From an uncultured euryarchaeote (GTDB lineage: Archaea > Thermoplasmatota > Poseidoniia > Poseidoniales > Poseidoniaceae), in NCBI GenBank assembly GCA_937899865.1, contig CALBRH010000051.1, positions 120,214 to 184,213 of the forward strand: DNA of 64,000 bases. Reading direction: 5' to 3'. Made by a program: the position numbers and the translations under genes. Positions 59,468 through 64,000 of this stretch are shown piece after piece. How positions within the stretch are numbered: position 1 is the first letter of the stretch; every line of letters starts with the position of its first letter. The notes below the pieces were generated by a model. That model was not told the origin of the DNA and ran no database searches. It saw nothing but the letters and a program-made list of their open reading frames with translations.

Positions 59468-60208
59468 TTAATCTTCTATATCATTTCTTGAGGAGGATTT
59501 TTTGATGCATTTTGCCGGTAATCCAGCCCAAACTTCTCCAGGAGGAATATTCTTCCATTTACCCACCAAACCATTGGTCGCAATAACAGAACCTTCGCCA
59601 ATAGTAACACCTGGTTGAATAGTCGTTCCTGAACCGATTAAGCAGCCTTTCTTTAGATGAACTCTTGCCAAAACTATCTGATCTTTCTCAACTAAGTGTC
59701 CATTGATTATTGAGCGCCCACCAATTACTACTTTGTCTTCAACAGTTAACGTTGAAGGGTCATTAAGATTGATTGAGTTAAGTTGTACTCCTTTACCGAT
59801 TTTAGCACCAGCAAGTCTGTAATATGCATTACATATTGGGGAAGGAATGGTATGTACTAAAACTGGATGGGTGCAACGATGTAAATGAGCACATACAGCC
59901 CACCTTATTGTAGTCCATGACTCTAGGTTGTCGACAATCTTATCCCCCTTAATCCTAACATGAATTATTCGTTGAGTCATCCCAGACATGAAAAGTAATG
60001 ACAAAATGTAAACCATAAAACAAGCACCAACTGTCAAACCATAAACAACGTAATTGATTATTTTGTCATCGGTTAGAAATTGTTCTGTAATGAGGTCAAA
60101 CATTGCCAATGCAGGTGCGACTGGCAAACCCCAAAGTACTATTGTGTAAACTAGTAAAACGGCAGAGCCAATGGTCTGAACTAAAGCGAAATTTTTCATT
60201 CCAAACAC
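59468..60208 (-). CDS. Membrane-anchored hexapeptide-repeat (left-handed beta-helix) acyltransferase
   Basis: Three N-terminal TM helices are followed by [LIV]-G-x-x-x-x hexapeptide repeats (GAKIGKGVQLNS...IGEGSVIATNGLVG). Confidence 0.6.
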   Translation of the reverse strand: MFGMKNFALVQTIGSAVLLVYTIVLWGLPVAPALAMFDLITEQFLTDDKIINYVVYGLTVGACFMVYILSLLFMSGMTQRIIHVRIKGDKIVDNLESWTTIRWAVCAHLHRCTHPVLVHTIPSPICNAYYRLAGAKIGKGVQLNSINLNDPSTLTVEDKVVIGGRSIINGHLVEKDQIVLARVHLKKGCLIGSGTTIQPGVTIGEGSVIATNGLVGKWKNIPPGEVWAGLPAKCIKKSSSRNDIED

Positions 60209-62218
60209 CTAGTTTGATTCAGTAGCAGCTGCAGCAGCACGATTTTTGGCATCCTCTTCTTCTGCAACCCTTATTCCTTCTTCAAGGTCTACCTTACTGG
60301 TAAGATATGTTCCAGCAAGAATCACTACTGTGATGGACAGAATTGCCACTCTGCTGTCGAAGGTTGTACTTGCAATACCATAAAGGAAAGTTCCAATCAT
60401 TGCTGCAGATTTACCAAGGAAACCAAAGAATCCAAAGAACTCAGAAGTTCTAGTTTCTGGCACTAATTGAGAGAACATCGAACGAGCTTGTGCTCCTGCA
60501 GAACCCATAGCAACTCCAACAAACATACCAAGAATAATCCATTGCATAGACACTCCTAAGTTAAGCGGCTTCCATACATTATCTCTCATTATCTCAGCCC
60601 ATGCATCTACTGGCCCACCTTGATCAACTTTGGTCGGGTGCCTATCACCAATCTCGTCTTGACCGGCTAATGGACCATCAACAAAGATAATCGAGAATCT
60701 GTGGTCACTAGCATTATCAAAGTTAGCGAAAATCTGTGCGCCATCAGCAGCTGAAATATTGTGCATTTCGACCTCATCCTCTTCAGCCTGGTCTGCTAAC
60801 ATCGATGCACCTAAAACACCTAGTCCGACAATCGAAACCATTAGTATAACCCCTAGTTTACCAAGTTCTTTACTTTGAATAAATGCAATACTACCGCCTA
60901 TAATTGCTACAAATGCAAGAAGCATTAGACAAACAAGTAAACCTGTACCTATAGTGGATGAACCTGAACTTTCCTTAGCATAATCAGTCGAGTTAGCTGG
61001 GAAATATTCTTGGAAATTATCTCTAAATTCGGAATCTCCTGCTGAAGTTTCTCCAACCCAATTCTCATAACCACGATCATACAAAGTAGTCAGCTCATAC
61101 ACTTGCGCATCTTCATCCCACTCAAATGTAAAGTCATAACGGTCAGCATCTTCTTCACCTTCAAGTTCTAATGGAGCAAAGCCTGCTGCTACAACTGCAA
61201 CAAAGCAATAAATCATTAGAGCAGTCATAAGAGCAAATTTAGTACCTTTGATGTCTGCTAATTTACCAAACACAATAGTCATCGGTATCGCAACTATGTT
61301 TACTGTTAATAGTAGAAGTACATTCATACTTTGGTCAAGCCTCAATACAGATTCTCCAAATGCACTAGCCATACTTGCAATAGTGTTGACACCATCATAA
61401 AACAGAAGATAAGCAAGAAGGAAAAACGCTAAAACTTTGAAACGCTTTATTTCTTTGAATGTTTGATATACTTGGGAATAAGCAACTTTTGTAGCATCTT
61501 TGAGACCTTTCCATTCCATAGAGGACGGGATTTCCGGCTCTGGAGTCCATTTGAACATTAAAAGTCCAAAACCCCACCACCAAATTGCTGATGTCGAAAA
61601 GATGATTGCCATCTTAAAGTTAGTATCCCAACTAAATCCAAGCAATACAATTAGGTGGAAAATCAATATCATTGAACCGCCTATGAATCCATAAGCATAA
61701 CCCCAAGTAGAAACATGATCTTGACACTTTCTTGGAGCCAAATATGGCATAAAGGAATAATAAATTACGTTACCACCAGTAAAACCAATAGTACCTATGG
61801 TGTACATTAGTGCAAGAATTAGATATCCTTGAGAGCCAAAATACGGTGCTGCGCCCATGAGAGCAGTGAAGATAATTCCTACAACAGTATACCATTTGAG
61901 TAACTTTTTCTTAATCGGCATCTTATCTGCTATTACCCCAAGTGCTGGAGCAGTTATTACAACAAATAGCATTGAGAAAGTTAAAACCCAAGCGTAAAAA
62001 GAATCACCAGATTGAGTACCAGTTGCTGTATTGTATAACGCCGCCATCAATGCTGGAGCAATGACAGTCATTACTGTCAAAGCATATGCTTGGTTTGCCC
62101 AGTCATAGAAATACCAACTCTTGAGTGCTTTCTTTTTGTCATCACTCATTGCATCAATAGTTTGTTTAGCGGAAAGTCCCGCATAATCATCAGAAGTCGT
62201 GCTAGCCGTCTCAGCCAT
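60209..62218 (-). CDS. MFS-type transporter with two long acidic loops
   Basis: It has a 6+6 TM arrangement and an LGVIADK motif after TM2. Its stop codon directly abuts the acyltransferase start. Confidence 0.45.
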   Translation of the reverse strand: MAETASTTSDDYAGLSAKQTIDAMSDDKKKALKSWYFYDWANQAYALTVMTVIAPALMAALYNTATGTQSGDSFYAWVLTFSMLFVVITAPALGVIADKMPIKKKLLKWYTVVGIIFTALMGAAPYFGSQGYLILALMYTIGTIGFTGGNVIYYSFMPYLAPRKCQDHVSTWGYAYGFIGGSMILIFHLIVLLGFSWDTNFKMAIIFSTSAIWWWGFGLLMFKWTPEPEIPSSMEWKGLKDATKVAYSQVYQTFKEIKRFKVLAFFLLAYLLFYDGVNTIASMASAFGESVLRLDQSMNVLLLLTVNIVAIPMTIVFGKLADIKGTKFALMTALMIYCFVAVVAAGFAPLELEGEEDADRYDFTFEWDEDAQVYELTTLYDRGYENWVGETSAGDSEFRDNFQEYFPANSTDYAKESSGSSTIGTGLLVCLMLLAFVAIIGGSIAFIQSKELGKLGVILMVSIVGLGVLGASMLADQAEEDEVEMHNISAADGAQIFANFDNASDHRFSIIFVDGPLAGQDEIGDRHPTKVDQGGPVDAWAEIMRDNVWKPLNLGVSMQWIILGMFVGVAMGSAGAQARSMFSQLVPETRTSEFFGFFGFLGKSAAMIGTFLYGIASTTFDSRVAILSITVVILAGTYLTSKVDLEEGIRVAEEEDAKNRAAAAATESN

Positions 62219-62300
62219 GAAGCAAATTTCACAATTAGGCTTATGAATTAAACACCTACTAAGCGAAATTGTTAATCAATTTTACAGCGATTAGTAAAAT

Positions 62301-62696
62301 TCAGTGGTCTCTAATGATGATGTATCGACCAAGGGCTTCTTGCCACATGATTTTTTGACCTGCTTCAATGGTCATTCCACCTTCTGCATCTGGTAAAGGA
62401 AGAATCATCATTGAATAATCTCTATCATTCATAGCATGGACTTCATTTCCATCTAAATGAGTTACAGTTGCTGTCCCTTTCTCAATCATCGGTACGTTGA
62501 TAGAATCTGTTACTGTACCAACATGAGAAATTTTCTTTCCTGTGAAAATACTCTCAAGAGAAAGTCTAGCTTTAGCTGAACCGTGCTTTCCTGGTTTAGA
62601 TTTCGAGATGGCTAATATTTTGTAAGCTTCATCATCAACAACACAAAATCGGCCTACTTTCAATGTTCTAATCTCTACTCTATCAGTTCCTACCAT
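62301..62696 (-). CDS. eif5a: Translation initiation factor 5A (hypusine-containing)
   Basis: The hypusine-loop sequence SKSKPGKHGSAKA is present. The 131-aa length is typical. Confidence 0.85.
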   Translation of the reverse strand: MVGTDRVEIRTLKVGRFCVVDDEAYKILAISKSKPGKHGSAKARLSLESIFTGKKISHVGTVTDSINVPMIEKGTATVTHLDGNEVHAMNDRDYSMMILPLPDAEGGMTIEAGQKIMWQEALGRYIIIRDH

Positions 62697-62761
62697 GGGT
62701 CTGCCTCATATTGCTGGAATAGTGTTGGCTTATGACCATTGCCACTATTATTGCAGTTTTT

Positions 62762-63526
62762 TCATAGTTCACGAACATCGAATCTTTCGCCAGATTGTTC
62801 CATTGTATGACAAGTCATCAGGTCAAAAAGGGCTTTAGCAACAAGATTTGGTGCTACTAAATCGCCATTTTCATGGAATTCAATAAATCTATCAACCATT
62901 GGAAAATCTTCTTTACTAACTGAACGAATTTTTACTTGCATGTCTGTATCAACAATTCCCGGCGCAATTGAAATTGCACTTATTCCATCTCTTGAGCCTT
63001 CATCTGCTAAGCATTTAGTCCACATCTCTAAGCCCGCTTTTGATGTACAATAAGCAGACCAAGATTCAAGAGAATTTATTGCTGCACCGCTTGAAATTGT
63101 AGTTACTCTACAACGTTGCGCATTTACCATTGAAGCATGTAAAATTTTAGTCAAATGTTGAACAGATAACAAATTAACCATCATAGTTTGATCCCAAACT
63201 GAAGAATCTACATCAAACATACTGCCAATTGGGCTAATAATCCCAGCATTGTGAATTATACCATGTACACTAGAATATTTTTCAGTAATCTGCTTACCTA
63301 CAAAAGAGACCTCACTTGGATTAGATAAATCACAACTAATCGTCAATGATTTAGGATTAAATCCCTTTAGCAAATCATCCAATGAAGATAATTCTGAAGA
63401 TGCTCTTGCAAGACCAATTACTACGTAGCCATTATTTGCTAATAATTCGCAAATTGACCTACCAAGCCCCTTTGATGCCCCAGTTACCAAATATACTTCA
63501 GCAGACATTTGAACACTACTCTGCAT
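62762..63526 (-). CDS. Short-chain dehydrogenase/reductase (SDR)
   Basis: It has the TGASKGLG cofactor motif, and the catalytic Y...K is inferred (YCTSK). Confidence 0.75.
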   Translation of the reverse strand: MQSSVQMSAEVYLVTGASKGLGRSICELLANNGYVVIGLARASSELSSLDDLLKGFNPKSLTISCDLSNPSEVSFVGKQITEKYSSVHGIIHNAGIISPIGSMFDVDSSVWDQTMMVNLLSVQHLTKILHASMVNAQRCRVTTISSGAAINSLESWSAYCTSKAGLEMWTKCLADEGSRDGISAISIAPGIVDTDMQVKIRSVSKEDFPMVDRFIEFHENGDLVAPNLVAKALFDLMTCHTMEQSGERFDVREL

Positions 63527-63878
63527 ACATTTCGAGCAATTCTAACGGTATAATCTGCAGTGACTCTTCATGTGTTGCTTCTAAATTAACAGGACAAGCA
63601 ACACCATTATTGGCAGCATCTAACCAAGTTCTTGCGCACACACACCATCTATCACCAGGCTTTAACCCTGGGAAATTAAAATGTGGTGCAGGAGTAATCA
63701 AATCATTACCCTTTGATTTAGCAAACTGAAGAAAATTTTCAGTCAATATGCAACATACTACATGCAGACCTCGATCACTACTATCAGTATTACAACAACC
63801 ATCTCGATACCAACCAGTCAATGGGTCTTTGGAGCATTCTTGTAATTCTTTACCCAGTACGTTAACGCTTGGATGCAT
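63516..63878 (-). CDS. DUF2237-like Cys-rich small protein
   Basis: The GWYRDGCC...DRWCVC pattern is recalled from the DUF2237 family. Confidence 0.4.
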   Translation of the reverse strand: MHPSVNVLGKELQECSKDPLTGWYRDGCCNTDSSDRGLHVVCCILTENFLQFAKSKGNDLITPAPHFNFPGLKPGDRWCVCARTWLDAANNGVACPVNLEATHEESLQIIPLELLEMYAE

Positions 63879-63903
63879 ATTTATTCCTCAAATTAAAATT
63901 ACA

Positions 63904-64000
63904 TTAATACTTGTAGAATCCTTCACCTGATTTTCTACCAAGTTTACCTTCATCAACCATTTGAATAAGTAAATCAGCAGGTGCATATTTGTCATCCTTT
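63904..64000 (-). CDS. 3-hydroxyacyl-CoA dehydrogenase, C-terminal fragment (gene continues beyond the window)
   Basis: The reverse-complement translation ends ...[22 protein letters not shown]. This matches the characteristic C-terminus of 3-hydroxybutyryl/acyl-CoA dehydrogenases. Confidence 0.5.
   Translation of the reverse strand, partial: KDDKYAPADLLIQMVDEGKLGRKSGEGFYKY

Noticed and set aside
1-64000. Searched for CRISPR arrays, IS elements/transposases, integrases and prophage genes
   Set aside because: No regularly spaced direct repeats, inverted terminal repeats, or DDE/tyrosine-recombinase-like ORFs were seen. The only tandem repeats are in-frame coding repeats in the EAK-rich gene.

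Overview
The window is a low-GC (~38-40%) archaeal chromosomal segment, gene-dense on both strands. I found no rRNA, tRNA, CRISPR array or mobile element. Archaeal information-processing genes dominate: SRP54, Get3/ArsA, the RFC large subunit, GlyRS, a ProRS 3' fragment, aIF5A, and the rps12-rps7-EF-2 (str) operon. A complete proteasome/exosome 'superoperon' is present in the order psmA-SBDS-rrp4-rrp41-rrp42-rpl37ae-(Pcc1-like)-prefoldin beta. The gene content (TrkAH, a giant Lhr helicase, a giant secreted lectin-type surface protein, several transporters) is consistent with a marine planktonic euryarchaeote of the Thermoplasmatota/MGII type. That placement is an inference from gene content only.

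The most interesting items, most interesting first:
- A bacterial-MreB-like actin gene (51452-52477) sits in a small cluster with a double-Zn-ribbon protein and a membrane Zn-ribbon protein.
- A tandem GGCT/GGACT-like gamma-glutamyl cyclotransferase gene is inserted inside the otherwise ultra-conserved rps7-EF2 operon.
- An isoprenoid island contains IPK translationally coupled to an unusual single-ORF IDI::GGPP-synthase fusion, next to a Zn-ribbon Tpt1 and a thiolase/atypical-DUF35 pair.
- A 1211-aa lectin/PPC/Ca-repeat surface protein lies tail-to-tail with an archaeosortase-like gene.
- A 1761-aa Lhr helicase is also present.

All functional calls come from motif recognition by eye. No database search was possible.
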